A DNA stretch of 64,000 nt from an uncultured virus (IMG/VR IMGVR_UViG_3300043961_000090). Its lineage: Duplodnaviria > Heunggongvirae > Uroviricota > Caudoviricetes. The stretch lies in IMG/VR virus record IMGVR_UViG_3300043961_000090; one strand, given 5' to 3'. The notes beneath the pieces are model-generated. The model was not told the DNA's origin and made no database searches. It was given only the letters and a program-made list of their open reading frames with translations. Position numbers and translations under genes: made by a program. Below, piece after piece: positions 1-9,467 of the stretch (positions are counted from its first letter, which is position 1; the number at the start of each line of letters is the position of its first letter).

Positions 1-112
1 TCATTTATAGGATAAAGAAAACCCAACTTTATAAAATGATCCAAAGAAGGTCACACAAACAGTCCTAACTAAAAATGCAAGTCACTGACAACCAGTAACT
101 TGCACTTTAAGC

Positions 113-125
113 GTTGGGATACCCG
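113..125. repeat. att core GTTGGGATACCCG (left prophage end); reverse complement resembles a tRNA-Gln 3' end
   Basis: Identical to 39350-39362; preceded by a hairpin TGCAAGT...ACTTGCA (76-104); tRNA identity is from recollection only. Confidence 0.8.
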
Positions 126-211
126 GAGTTATGCGACTAAAACATAATTCTCGAAAGCCTTTATTAATCACCCTTTCTCTTTGTTTTTATTTTAGTTTTT
201 ACTTGATTTTT

Positions 212-229
212 CCGACTTTTCGCCGAGTT
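212..229. repeat. Putative integrase arm-type site CCGACTTTTCGCCGAGTT
   Basis: Identical 18-mer at 39277-39294, same orientation, both just inside the att cores. Confidence 0.7.
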
Positions 230-246
230 TTTTATTGCAAATAGAT

Positions 247-747
247 TCAGAAAGACAATAAATTATTTTTCTTTTCATCATATTCTTTCTTGGTCATTCC
301 TCCCTTTTTAAAGAGATCATAGAAAATACCAATATCTTTTATCCTTGACGATGTCAGCTCATCATAATGCGATGAATAAGATGGATCTTGTAACTCCTTT
401 TTCTTTTCAAGATAATCTTCATCCGTAATAGCTCCCTTTTCTTTCAGGTCAAATAGGGAAACGAGATCTTTTGCTATTGCACTTTCTTCTCCGGTATAAG
501 CGGGTTCAAAAGATAATACAGGAGGAACAAAAGCAGATTTATTGTTATACTCCTGATCAAAACTATCTTCATTCATACATAAGAGTTTAATTCCCTCAAT
601 GAAACCTATTATAGAAGGAATACCCGTCCAACAGAACAATATATATAATATCCCAGGACCGGATTTCCCAAGATAAAATTTATGGATACCCAATCCACCC
701 AATATCAATGCAAATATTGCTGCAGTTGTTTTATTCTTCATAATCAC
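247..747 (-). CDS. TM2/NINE-domain membrane protein with two C-terminal SHOCT-like repeats
   Basis: KNKTTAAIFALILGGLGIHKFYLG TM2 signature; LxDLKEKGAITDEDY..KKKEL motif twice; downstream of repressor. Confidence 0.85.
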   Translation of the reverse strand: MIMKNKTTAAIFALILGGLGIHKFYLGKSGPGILYILFCWTGIPSIIGFIEGIKLLCMNEDSFDQEYNNKSAFVPPVLSFEPAYTGEESAIAKDLVSLFDLKEKGAITDEDYLEKKKELQDPSYSSHYDELTSSRIKDIGIFYDLFKKGGMTKKEYDEKKNNLLSF

Positions 748-780
748 ATCATTTTATCAAGTTATCATTTATTTTGACAA

Positions 781-1188
781 TCAGACAGCGGCCTGATCGA
801 TATTGTCTTTCTTAACAGATATATCTCTTTCAGCCTTTAATCTTCCTATTTCTTCAGCTTGTTTTCTTATAATTTCATCTTTCTTCTCAATTTCAGAAAG
901 CAAGTGAGAAATATAATCATTAGAAGCCACTTTTTTATCAATATTTTTATGAATAGATTCAATATTTCTATCCTGAATCATATTTCCTTTTCCAGTCATT
1001 AACCATACAACAGAAAGTTGATGATAATTATCAATGATAAGTTGCAGCCATTTACTTTGTATATCATGACCGCTTTTTATAGCTCTAGATAATACACCAG
1101 CACTTGCTCCTATTGACTTTTCCATTGTACTAATAGGAATATTCTCATGATTAGCGAATATACTGATTCGCTCTATTAAATTTGTCAT
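781..1188 (-). CDS. CI-like HTH phage repressor
   Basis: N-terminal HTH ending WLMTGKGNM, C-terminal coiled coil, divergent from lytic genes. Confidence 0.8.
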   Translation of the reverse strand: MTNLIERISIFANHENIPISTMEKSIGASAGVLSRAIKSGHDIQSKWLQLIIDNYHQLSVVWLMTGKGNMIQDRNIESIHKNIDKKVASNDYISHLLSEIEKKDEIIRKQAEEIGRLKAERDISVKKDNIDQAAV

Positions 1189-1203
1189 TGAATTAATTAT
1201 ATT

Positions 1204-1333
1204 TGATAATTATCATTATTTAACATGAAAATAATCAGTATTTTGTTTGCTATACTGAAAATTATCATTATATTTGCTCCATGTTCAGTTTTGCACAAGC
1301 CCAAAAATACGAAAAATTAAAGATAAATACAAA
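1204..1333. promoter_or_regulatory. Lysis-lysogeny switch: operators TGA(T/A)AAT(T/A)ATCA and face-to-face promoters
   Basis: 12-bp palindromes at 1204-1215, 1226-1237, 1256-1267 (also 1022-1033); + promoter TTTG 1246-1249/TATATTTG 1269-1276; - promoter CAAAAATA 1302-1309/CAAA 1330-1333. Confidence 0.7.
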
Positions 1334-1356
1334 TATTTTTACAAATAAAAAGCCAC

Positions 1357-1743
1357 ATGAAAAAACAATTAAAAGCAGATACAAGGCTAAAGAAATATCT
1401 TGCAGGATTATTTCGGGTGAGCCAGCGGACAGTTTATTATGCTCTCGGATTTGATTCCAGTAGGGGTAATACAATCATTGCTTCAAAGATTCGAAAGGCC
1501 GCACGTGAGCATGGGGCACAATTAGTATACACATTGCCTGAATGTGAAACTATATATAACGCTGATGGAAAAATGATACAGACATTCCAAAACGGCGCTA
1601 AAATAATAGCAGATAAGGAATCAGGTAAAATATCTATAGCCTTTGATAAGACTATAATCTATACTGAAGACAATTGCTCTATCTCTGATTTCGGTAAAAT
1701 ACAGGATCTTGCTAGTAAATATAAAAAAGGAGGCATATTATGA
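1357..1743 (+). CDS. Cro-like HTH early regulator
   Basis: LAGLFRVSQRTVYYAL HTH-like segment; first gene of the rightward operon. Confidence 0.6.
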   Translation: MKKQLKADTRLKKYLAGLFRVSQRTVYYALGFDSSRGNTIIASKIRKAAREHGAQLVYTLPECETIYNADGKMIQTFQNGAKIIADKESGKISIAFDKTIIYTEDNCSISDFGKIQDLASKYKKGGIL

Positions 1744-2219
1744 CGGATCTACTTTTCGATATACCTGAAGAAATAAAGGATATTGTGAACCCCAATCCAC
1801 GAATGTTTATGAAGCATGATGTATTCAAGGCAATAATTGAGTTTAAAAAGAACTACAATCATAAGAAAGGCCTGGTTAAAATATTGACATTATTCAATCC
1901 TTCCGCAAAATTTGCAGATAAATTAGATACATGTTTAAGATCTGATTTTCTTGGAAAAATAATTGATCTTAAAAGATACCCGGAAGTTGATCTTGGAATA
2001 ATTTATATCGAAACAAGTCATCCATCCATTGGAAATGTATTTTTAAGCGATATCTATCAAAATCTATATCAGGAAGAATTACCTCTCAAGCATAAGAATG
2101 AAGATCTTTTATTAAAAAGCATGTTGGAAAGAAGACTATTAATTGATTTCAATGACGGGGACATATCCCATTATCTTATAAGATCATGGACAGGAGATCA
2201 GAATACTATAACCACATAG
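1740..2219 (+). CDS. Hypothetical phage protein
   Basis: 159-aa ORF with ATGA overlap. Confidence 0.6.
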   Translation: MTDLLFDIPEEIKDIVNPNPRMFMKHDVFKAIIEFKKNYNHKKGLVKILTLFNPSAKFADKLDTCLRSDFLGKIIDLKRYPEVDLGIIYIETSHPSIGNVFLSDIYQNLYQEELPLKHKNEDLLLKSMLERRLLIDFNDGDISHYLIRSWTGDQNTITT

Positions 2220-2464
2220 CAGATATGCTATGTAACATGCATCCCGGTGAAACATTTGAGATCAAAAAGCATGTCAAGCCTGAAAATCAAGAATATTTTA
2301 TCAGATGTTTCAAGAGATTTGCAGGATTAATTAATTGTGATCGATGGTGGTATGAATGGGATGATGAATTTCTTACTATTACTTACCAGGAAAGCGATGA
2401 TTTTCTTAACAGAAATACGATTCGTTACAGAGACAAAAGGGGCAAAAAATGGTTACAGAGATAG
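2186..2464 (+). CDS. Hypothetical phage protein
   Basis: 92-aa ORF overlapping both neighbours. Confidence 0.6.
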   Translation: MDRRSEYYNHIADMLCNMHPGETFEIKKHVKPENQEYFIRCFKRFAGLINCDRWWYEWDDEFLTITYQESDDFLNRNTIRYRDKRGKKWLQR

Positions 2465-5400
2465 ATAAAGAAAAAATAAAAGAGACTGCCAATATCGTCG
2501 AGATTATACAGGAATTTGGAGTAAAGCTACAGAAGGCCGGCACAATATATAAAGCCTGCTGCCCATTTCATCAAGAAAACACTCCTTCTTTCTATGTTTC
2601 TCCCACACGTCGCACCTGGCACTGCTTCGGAGCATGCGGAGAAGGCGGTGATGTCATTTCTTTTCTCCAGAAATTGAATGGCTGGACTTTTATCGAGTCC
2701 TGTCATTGGCTGGCAAACAAATATAGCATTGATCTACATGAGGAGAAACGAACTCCGGAAGAAATAGCAGCAGAGAAGAAACGTGAATCCATGCTGAGTG
2801 CTATGCAGGAAGCCCAGAAATGGTTCACTGCACGAATGAATGTCTATCATAATACATCCCCAATATTCAATATCCTGCAAGATCGCGGAGGATATAAGGA
2901 AGATACTTTACGGAATTATGGTATTGGCATCAGCGGTACCAATGATGAACTTTGTCGGCAACTCTCTAAGTCTTTTCCAAAAGAAATTCTCATTGCTTGT
3001 AACCTGGGTTATGACAATATCCATGAACATGCTTTCCAGGACAAATTCCGAAACCGTATCATGTTCCCTTTCTATACTTTTTCGGGGAATATTATAGGAT
3101 ATACAGGCCGGACCATGATCAAAGACCTGAAACCTAAATACAACAACACCGGAGATACACCCTTATTTACGAAAGGAAACGAGATATGGGGTCTATACCA
3201 GGCACGGAAAGAGATTATGCGTTCGGACCAGGTGATCTTTGTCGAAGGACAGTTTGATGTCATAGGCCTTGCTGACCAGGGAATCAATAATGCAGTAGCT
3301 TTTTCGGGCACGGCACTGACGGACCAACAGCGGAAAAAGATCATGAGATTGACTCATAATGTCACACTCATGTATGATGGAGATACTGCAGGAATAGCAG
3401 CAACACAAAAGCATATTCCGGAGCTGCTGAAAGCAGGATTCCGGGTTCGATGCATATTGGTTCCGGACGGACAGGATCCGGATGAATTTTCGCACAAGGA
3501 AAAGAAGTTGGCCGTATGGATAAAAAACCACGAAGAAAGTTTTGTGGAATATCTCTACTCTACTACCCTATCAAATGATGAAATCAAGCAGAACCAGGCA
3601 ATCAATGAGATTCTGAAAGACATCGCCATTGTAGATGACAAAACACTACAGGAGAAATATCTGAAAAGACTGAGCAAGTTGGCAGACATGCAGCTCTCTA
3701 TTATCAGGGATCAATTCAAAGGTCAGAAAAAGCAGAACCTGAAGAAAGAGGTCAAGAATGACAATCCTAGATTTGTCGGCATTGAGGAAGCAAAAAATCA
3801 TATCTCTGATGAAAATGATTCCATCGAATTGGTAACTAACTGGGATTCTTTTTTTGATGGTTTGGAGCAACGTCCTGTCGTGATGGCCATAGGTATACCT
3901 CTTGAATCAGACCTGCAGTTGCTCAGGCAAATATCCTCTACCATACTTTTTACTCTTCCGGACGAAAAGGTAACAACGGATAAAGAAAATGATGAGATCT
4001 TGCTATTAAAAGCCCTCTATAAACAAGGCTATACGATCCTTGTTAAGAGTGCCAACAAGGAAGAGGATTTCATTGCCTGGTATATCGGACTATATACTTC
4101 AATCCTCGAAGAGAAAGAGAATGATTATACCGACCTCGAGCAGGATACTTATATCGACCGTTGCGCAGAAATGATTGCATACGCACCATCGACAAAGCGA
4201 GTACGATCAATGAAGAAATGGTCAGAAGGTCTGGGAATCACTGAACGTGCATTACGTGATTCTGTCAAGGTCATGCTCGACAAAACCAAGAGACCATCAC
4301 GGTCAAAAGATGAAGACGATACAGATGCAGAGTTTGATTTCAAAGATGAATCTACTCAGGTACCTGACTATGTCGAAAAGAATCCGGATTACGCATATAT
4401 GTTGAAACGCTTCCATTTTTATCCACGTCTGAATAAAGAGGATAATCCCTGTTGCTATATGTTCCGTTCCGGAGAATCTGAGAGTTATCATCGTGTCTGT
4501 GATTTTTATATGGAGCCCCTTATCCATATCTATGATAAGGACTCGAAAGAGAACAAACGTATTGTCAAACTTTATTCGATCAATAAGGATAGTTTCGGAC
4601 ATCCTGTAAAACCGAAATATGTGGAATGGCAGACAGATATATTCGGATCAATGAACACGGTAAAACTGGCCCTGATGCGTGAAGGTCCTTACAATATGGA
4701 GCACATGTCTGCAAAAGGACCGGAATGGGATAAGATCTGGAACTGGATGAGTTTGAAATTCAAACTCAGTTACAGACTCAATGTTCTCGGACAACAGAAA
4801 GAAGGCTTTTTCGCATTCAGTAACAAGATATTCTTTCAAAACGAAAAAGGAGAATATGAGCTTAGGGCAATGGATAACCTCGGCCTGGTATCTTACAAAG
4901 GTCAGATCTATTATTGCCCTGCCTGGAGCGAGATCTATCTGCATGACCGTAATGAGGACGATCCATACGAACAGGATAAATGGCTCTATTATCAGGATAT
5001 ACCCGAAAACAAGCAGATCACATTCGCATACTGGGCAAAATTGTTTAATGAAGTCTATAAGGTAAATAATAACGGCAAATGGGGTATTCTATTTGCTATT
5101 ATGTCTGCCTTCCGTTCAGACATTTTTCCGATCAAAGGTATTTTCACAGCCCTGTTTTTCATGGGGCAGACCGGTTCAGGTAAATCCCAGATAGCTATTT
5201 CTATAAGATCCTTGTTTATCAAACCGAACGTGCAGGTATCCAATCTGAACGGTATCAGCGAAGCAGCCTTTTTCTCGATCCTTGAAAGATACCGTGATAT
5301 CCCCTGGTTATTCGACGAATATAACGACAAAGAGATCTCTCCTGAGAAATTCCAGGGACTGAAAGCTTTGGTCTATGACGGCAACTCAAAGCAGAAACGA

Positions 5401-6375
5401 AGAGCAGCTACCGGAAATGACATCATCAGCACGAAGGTCAATACCTCAATTGTGCTTATGGGACAGGAAGCCCCACAGCGCGATGACAACGCATTGGCTA
5501 ATCGTGTCGTGCTCTGTGATGTTCCTCCACGTGATTTTACCAACGACCAGCACGCCAGTATGATTTTCAATGAACTAAAAAGTTATGAGAAAGAAGGTCT
5601 AAGTTATCTTCTATGTGAAGTATTGAAGATACGGCCAATCGTTCAGCAGAACTTTGCAAGTTATCAATCAGAATGTATAAAAGACCTGTCAGCAAGGGCC
5701 AGTGTCTCGGGAGGACGTTCAGGGGACTTGACACGTATCATCACTACCGTATCCTTTTTCTGCACAATATGCAAGATCATCGAGGATAATTGTCCGCAAC
5801 TCAAGTTGCCTTTTACATACGAAGAGTTTTTGAAGATCGCAGTTGAGAAAGTCAATTACCAGGTCGAATTGCTTTCACATACGGATAAGGTCAGTTCCTT
5901 CTTTGCTGCTATGGACTCTATGCTCGATAGACATATCATCATCAGAGGTCGTGAGTTCAAGATAGATACGCCAGAAGATGTCATGTTGCATCTGGACGAA
6001 GGAGACCGGACGGTACAGTCTGGAGTAAAGATCCTATATATGAACGTGAAATCAGTCTATGACCTTTACAAGAAAGACCGGACGACTGATGAACCGATCA
6101 GCAAGCAGACCCTTTCAACTTATCTGAAATCGAACCCTTGTTATATCGGCACCAAGCGGTCAGTAAGATTCACATGGACAGAACCTCACTATGAGAATAA
6201 AACAGATGCTGATGGCAACGAATCTGACCAAGCAACGATGACAATGGTTACAACGACAAAGAATACCTCATGCTATGTATTTGATTACTCGCGCCTAGCC
6301 AGGATCATGGATATTGACCTGGAGCGAGAACAGGACGATGATATTTCCAAAAATGAAGATAATGTTCCATTTTAA
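2449..6375 (+). CDS. DnaG-type primase fused to C-terminal P-loop helicase/ATPase
   Basis: CHC2 zinc finger (CPFH..CFGAC), Toprim (VEGQFD, YDGD), Walker A GQTGSGKS and Walker B WLFDE. Confidence 0.93.
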   Translation: MVTEIDKEKIKETANIVEIIQEFGVKLQKAGTIYKACCPFHQENTPSFYVSPTRRTWHCFGACGEGGDVISFLQKLNGWTFIESCHWLANKYSIDLHEEKRTPEEIAAEKKRESMLSAMQEAQKWFTARMNVYHNTSPIFNILQDRGGYKEDTLRNYGIGISGTNDELCRQLSKSFPKEILIACNLGYDNIHEHAFQDKFRNRIMFPFYTFSGNIIGYTGRTMIKDLKPKYNNTGDTPLFTKGNEIWGLYQARKEIMRSDQVIFVEGQFDVIGLADQGINNAVAFSGTALTDQQRKKIMRLTHNVTLMYDGDTAGIAATQKHIPELLKAGFRVRCILVPDGQDPDEFSHKEKKLAVWIKNHEESFVEYLYSTTLSNDEIKQNQAINEILKDIAIVDDKTLQEKYLKRLSKLADMQLSIIRDQFKGQKKQNLKKEVKNDNPRFVGIEEAKNHISDENDSIELVTNWDSFFDGLEQRPVVMAIGIPLESDLQLLRQISSTILFTLPDEKVTTDKENDEILLLKALYKQGYTILVKSANKEEDFIAWYIGLYTSILEEKENDYTDLEQDTYIDRCAEMIAYAPSTKRVRSMKKWSEGLGITERALRDSVKVMLDKTKRPSRSKDEDDTDAEFDFKDESTQVPDYVEKNPDYAYMLKRFHFYPRLNKEDNPCCYMFRSGESESYHRVCDFYMEPLIHIYDKDSKENKRIVKLYSINKDSFGHPVKPKYVEWQTDIFGSMNTVKLALMREGPYNMEHMSAKGPEWDKIWNWMSLKFKLSYRLNVLGQQKEGFFAFSNKIFFQNEKGEYELRAMDNLGLVSYKGQIYYCPAWSEIYLHDRNEDDPYEQDKWLYYQDIPENKQITFAYWAKLFNEVYKVNNNGKWGILFAIMSAFRSDIFPIKGIFTALFFMGQTGSGKSQIAISIRSLFIKPNVQVSNLNGISEAAFFSILERYRDIPWLFDEYNDKEISPEKFQGLKALVYDGNSKQKRRAATGNDIISTKVNTSIVLMGQEAPQRDDNALANRVVLCDVPPRDFTNDQHASMIFNELKSYEKEGLSYLLCEVLKIRPIVQQNFASYQSECIKDLSARASVSGGRSGDLTRIITTVSFFCTICKIIEDNCPQLKLPFTYEEFLKIAVEKVNYQVELLSHTDKVSSFFAAMDSMLDRHIIIRGREFKIDTPEDVMLHLDEGDRTVQSGVKILYMNVKSVYDLYKKDRTTDEPISKQTLSTYLKSNPCYIGTKRSVRFTWTEPHYENKTDADGNESDQATMTMVTTTKNTSCYVFDYSRLARIMDIDLEREQDDDISKNEDNVPF

Positions 6376-6385
6376 AATTTAAGTT

Positions 6386-6649
6386 ATGAAAAAAGAAAAT
6401 ATTAAGGTAGCATCAAAAAAATTAGATGAGCTAGAAACTCTGAAGAAAATCATAAATGATAAGGCATATCACGGATTTTCCAGCTGGGGTATTAATGACC
6501 ATGAAGATGTTTTGCATTTTTCCTGGTGCAAGAACTATTCTAATATGGATTATAATATCAGGCCATTAAGCCCAGAATTAAATGAACGGATCATGGAAGT
6601 TCTTAAAGACAGGGTTAAGGAATTAGATGAAGAAATAAAGAAACTATGA
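6386..6649 (+). CDS. Hypothetical phage protein
   Basis: 87-aa ORF in early operon. Confidence 0.6.
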   Translation: MKKENIKVASKKLDELETLKKIINDKAYHGFSSWGINDHEDVLHFSWCKNYSNMDYNIRPLSPELNERIMEVLKDRVKELDEEIKKL

Positions 6650-6652
6650 AAA

Positions 6653-7072
6653 ATGAAGCAAATATCATCTAATATGGCCATTTGTCCTCACTGTGGCAGG
6701 ACACTTAGTTTAGACAATTTTTACAAAAGAAGTGACCGAGGATATGAAACATTGTGCAAAGATTGCTTCAGGCAGGAAAACAGAAAAAGATATCCTCTTA
6801 AACCTGAAGGATGTTACATTCGTCCAGATGGTCGAATATTTTTGAATAAAGGAGGTATTCATTCAATTTATTGGAGTAATTCTATGATTAAGGACCTAAA
6901 GGAAAAATTTCATAACACAAGTAATGAAGATCTTCTGATTGAATTCGGTCTTGGACGTGTTTCTCTCAGGACCTTAATAAGAAAGGCTAGAGAATTGGGA
7001 TTAAAGAAAGATCATGCATATCTGCATTATATCTATTCTCATCATCTATGTAATTCAAACATTTTTAAATAG
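6653..7072 (+). CDS. Zinc-finger-containing phage protein
   Basis: CPHC...CKDC; C-terminal RKARELGLKK HTH-like segment. Confidence 0.6.
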   Translation: MKQISSNMAICPHCGRTLSLDNFYKRSDRGYETLCKDCFRQENRKRYPLKPEGCYIRPDGRIFLNKGGIHSIYWSNSMIKDLKEKFHNTSNEDLLIEFGLGRVSLRTLIRKARELGLKKDHAYLHYIYSHHLCNSNIFK

Positions 7073-7078
7073 ACAAAG

Positions 7079-7393
7079 ATGAAACTAAAACTAATTAAAG
7101 GAACTCATGGCCAATATGCTTTTTATTGCCCTGCCTGTAAAGACATACATTGTGTTTGGACGGATCCTCGAGACTGCGTACATGTCTGGGGATGGAACAA
7201 AAACAAAGAAAAACCTACTTTTACCCCTTCAATAAAAGTACTCTCTTATACCGGTCAGGACGTAACCGGAATCTGTCATTCTTTCATAAAAGACGGAAAG
7301 ATACAATATCTCGGAGATTGTACACATAAAATGAAAGGAAAGACTGTTGAACTTCCTGATATCCCTAAAAAACATTTGAACTTTTTAAAATAA
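7079..7393 (+). CDS. DUF6527-like small Cys/His protein
   Basis: FYCPAC..H, PTFTPSI, CHSFIKDGKIQYLGDCTH pattern. Confidence 0.7.
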   Translation: MKLKLIKGTHGQYAFYCPACKDIHCVWTDPRDCVHVWGWNKNKEKPTFTPSIKVLSYTGQDVTGICHSFIKDGKIQYLGDCTHKMKGKTVELPDIPKKHLNFLK

Positions 7394-7400
7394 ACAGATT

Positions 7401-7649
7401 ATGGAAGAACAGCAAACAAGAACCGCACCGGTTGCGGGAGATAATGGTCAATGCTTTTGCCATATAACATGGATAACTTTTATAAAAGCATATAAAATAT
7501 ACAAAGAAAAATATGAAGGTAATTTTTCAGTCGATAGAATAATAGATCAAGGTGGATTTACCGAAGAAGAACTTGATGAGTTTTTCCCTGAATGGAAAGA
7601 TTATATCATTGAGGATGAGCCTTTAAAACGAATATTAAAAATCAAATAA
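7401..7649 (+). CDS. Hypothetical phage protein
   Basis: 82-aa ORF in early operon. Confidence 0.55.
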   Translation: MEEQQTRTAPVAGDNGQCFCHITWITFIKAYKIYKEKYEGNFSVDRIIDQGGFTEEELDEFFPEWKDYIIEDEPLKRILKIK

Positions 7650-7792
7650 TTATGACCATTTGTAAAGATATAATACCAAACAGAGGGCAGCCAAAATTCT
7701 GTGACTGTTTTTTCATCTTTTTATATGAAAAAGAAAAATCCTCTCAAAAAATGGAAAATAACGCAAAAACGCTGAAAAACGTGTTTTTCGTT

Positions 7793-8238
7793 TCCAACAG
7801 TCCAACAGTCCAACAAAACGACTTGTTTCGATTACTTATTATTTATACATATAAAGTATAAGTTATTGATATACAATATATTACTTATTATTTATTATAT
7901 TATTATATTATGAATTATCTTGTTGGAAATGTAGGATTATTGTTGGAAACATGTTGGAAACTGTTGGATTTACCCCCCTGTTTGTTGGAAATGGTAGTTT
8001 TAACAGTTGTTCTATTTTTCCAGTTAAAAAGTGTTTTGTTGGACTGTTGGAAACGCTTTCCAACAACTCCGTCAAAATCAGAATATCAAGAAAGTGCCTG
8101 TTTAAAGGCTTTCCGTTTTTGTGTTGGAAAAGCATTTCCAACACTTTCCAACAGGATTTTGAGAAAGTCGTTATCTTCAAATCCTTTATTTATAGGCTAT
8201 TTAACACTATTAACACTTCTTAGTGTTGGACTGTTGGA
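7793..8238. other. Putative phage replication origin with TGTTGGA iterons
   Basis: 16 copies of TGTTGGA/TCCAACA in both orientations around an AT-rich core (~7830-7920), downstream of the primase-helicase. Confidence 0.7.
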
Positions 8239-8302
8239 AACGTTTTGCAGAAAACAGGCATATATGAGTTTTTGAATCAATAATTTATCAAGGAGAAAAA
8301 TT

Positions 8303-8848
8303 ATGATAATGTCAAACAATAAGAAAAGAGAAAGAGCACGGTTACAATTGAATTGCAAGCGATATGTCAAGGCTTATCTCCTTGCTAATTATAACAGTCC
8401 CGATGAAGACTGGAAAGAAATCATAGATTTGTCGACGGATAAGGTATTATACCCCATTTTCGTTTCGATGCTGAAGCGGAATGAAGGCAGGTATGACAAC
8501 CGGTCCAAATGTGCGAAATATAACGCTACTGTCAGCATCGCTCTTACAATGGATCAATTCAGGCGTTATGGCTGGATGCTTTCGAACACCGAGACCCTTC
8601 GATTCAACCGGATCCTGGAATATCGTGTGAAGCGAATGCTATACTCTTCAGTCGGAGCATTACGAATAACAGGTATGCCCATATCTGACTGTATCAGACG
8701 ATTCCGACAAGCGACACATATCACGGAATGTGACTGGGATACGGATAGTATTCGAAAGGACCTGCAGAGACATCTTCCAGACATTTCTGATCTATCTGAT
8801 GATTTTTTGAAAAAAATAGAAGAAAAAGTGTGGTGCACTTTGTCCTAA
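8303..8848 (+). CDS. Hypothetical basic protein, candidate late transcription regulator
   Basis: 181-aa Arg/Lys-rich ORF just before the structural genes; function inferred from position only. Confidence 0.5.
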   Translation: MIMSNNKKRERARLQLNCKRYVKAYLLANYNSPDEDWKEIIDLSTDKVLYPIFVSMLKRNEGRYDNRSKCAKYNATVSIALTMDQFRRYGWMLSNTETLRFNRILEYRVKRMLYSSVGALRITGMPISDCIRRFRQATHITECDWDTDSIRKDLQRHLPDISDLSDDFLKKIEEKVWCTLS

Positions 8849-8888
8849 CATGGGACAACCTGCACACACGATAAAAAACAATATAAAA

Positions 8889-9374
8889 ATGAAGAACTTT
8901 AACATTAAAGATGATAATATCGGAGGATTGCTCCGGATGTATGCCATCCCGGTAAGTTCGTTCCTCCGGCTCAGAAACGATTATGTCAATAATCAACAGA
9001 TCTTGGAAGTACAGGATCGTGATTCCATCATCAACATACCGAGTCTGGACAATCAGACTTACAGTTGGACCGAAGCTCATGATCGGGATGAAGGAGGTGA
9101 TTATTGGGAACCGGTCATTGACGGGATTATACCAGGAAACAAAATTGATAATCAGGATGTCATCGAGGAACTGGAACGAGGAGAATGGCTGGTATTGGCT
9201 GAAGATCAGGACGGAGCAGTATATTTATCAGGATCAAAAGATGCTCCAATGGAATTTACAACCACACGTTCATCAGGTACATCCTATACTGATCGCAATC
9301 AGATTTCCTTTGAATTCAAATGTCGCCAGGATCATCCTTCCTTGATTTTGGCAAATGATATGGATGATCTTTAG
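8889..9374 (+). CDS. Hypothetical acidic phage protein (possibly structural)
   Basis: ORF 8850..9374, likely start MKNFNIK; LVLAEDQDGAVYLSG resembles FFIVQDANGEYYLMG in 11708..12301. Confidence 0.55.
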   Translation: MKNFNIKDDNIGGLLRMYAIPVSSFLRLRNDYVNNQQILEVQDRDSIINIPSLDNQTYSWTEAHDRDEGGDYWEPVIDGIIPGNKIDNQDVIEELERGEWLVLAEDQDGAVYLSGSKDAPMEFTTTRSSGTSYTDRNQISFEFKCRQDHPSLILANDMDDL

Positions 9375-9467
9375 TCCATATCATCCGTTTTTCAGGCCTA
9401 TTCAGGGTCCCTATGTCTTATGACCGGTCTGATGATTTGATTATTTTTGGCATATAAAATTTATGAT

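Noticed and set aside
105..135. Intact tRNA gene at either att site
   Set aside because: Only 13-15 bp resemble a tRNA 3' end; no T-loop or cloverleaf continues
7652..8275. Overlapping ORFs, or a CRISPR-like array, in the TGTTGGA region
   Set aside because: Low-complexity products in several frames; the repeats are 7 bp, irregularly spaced and bidirectional
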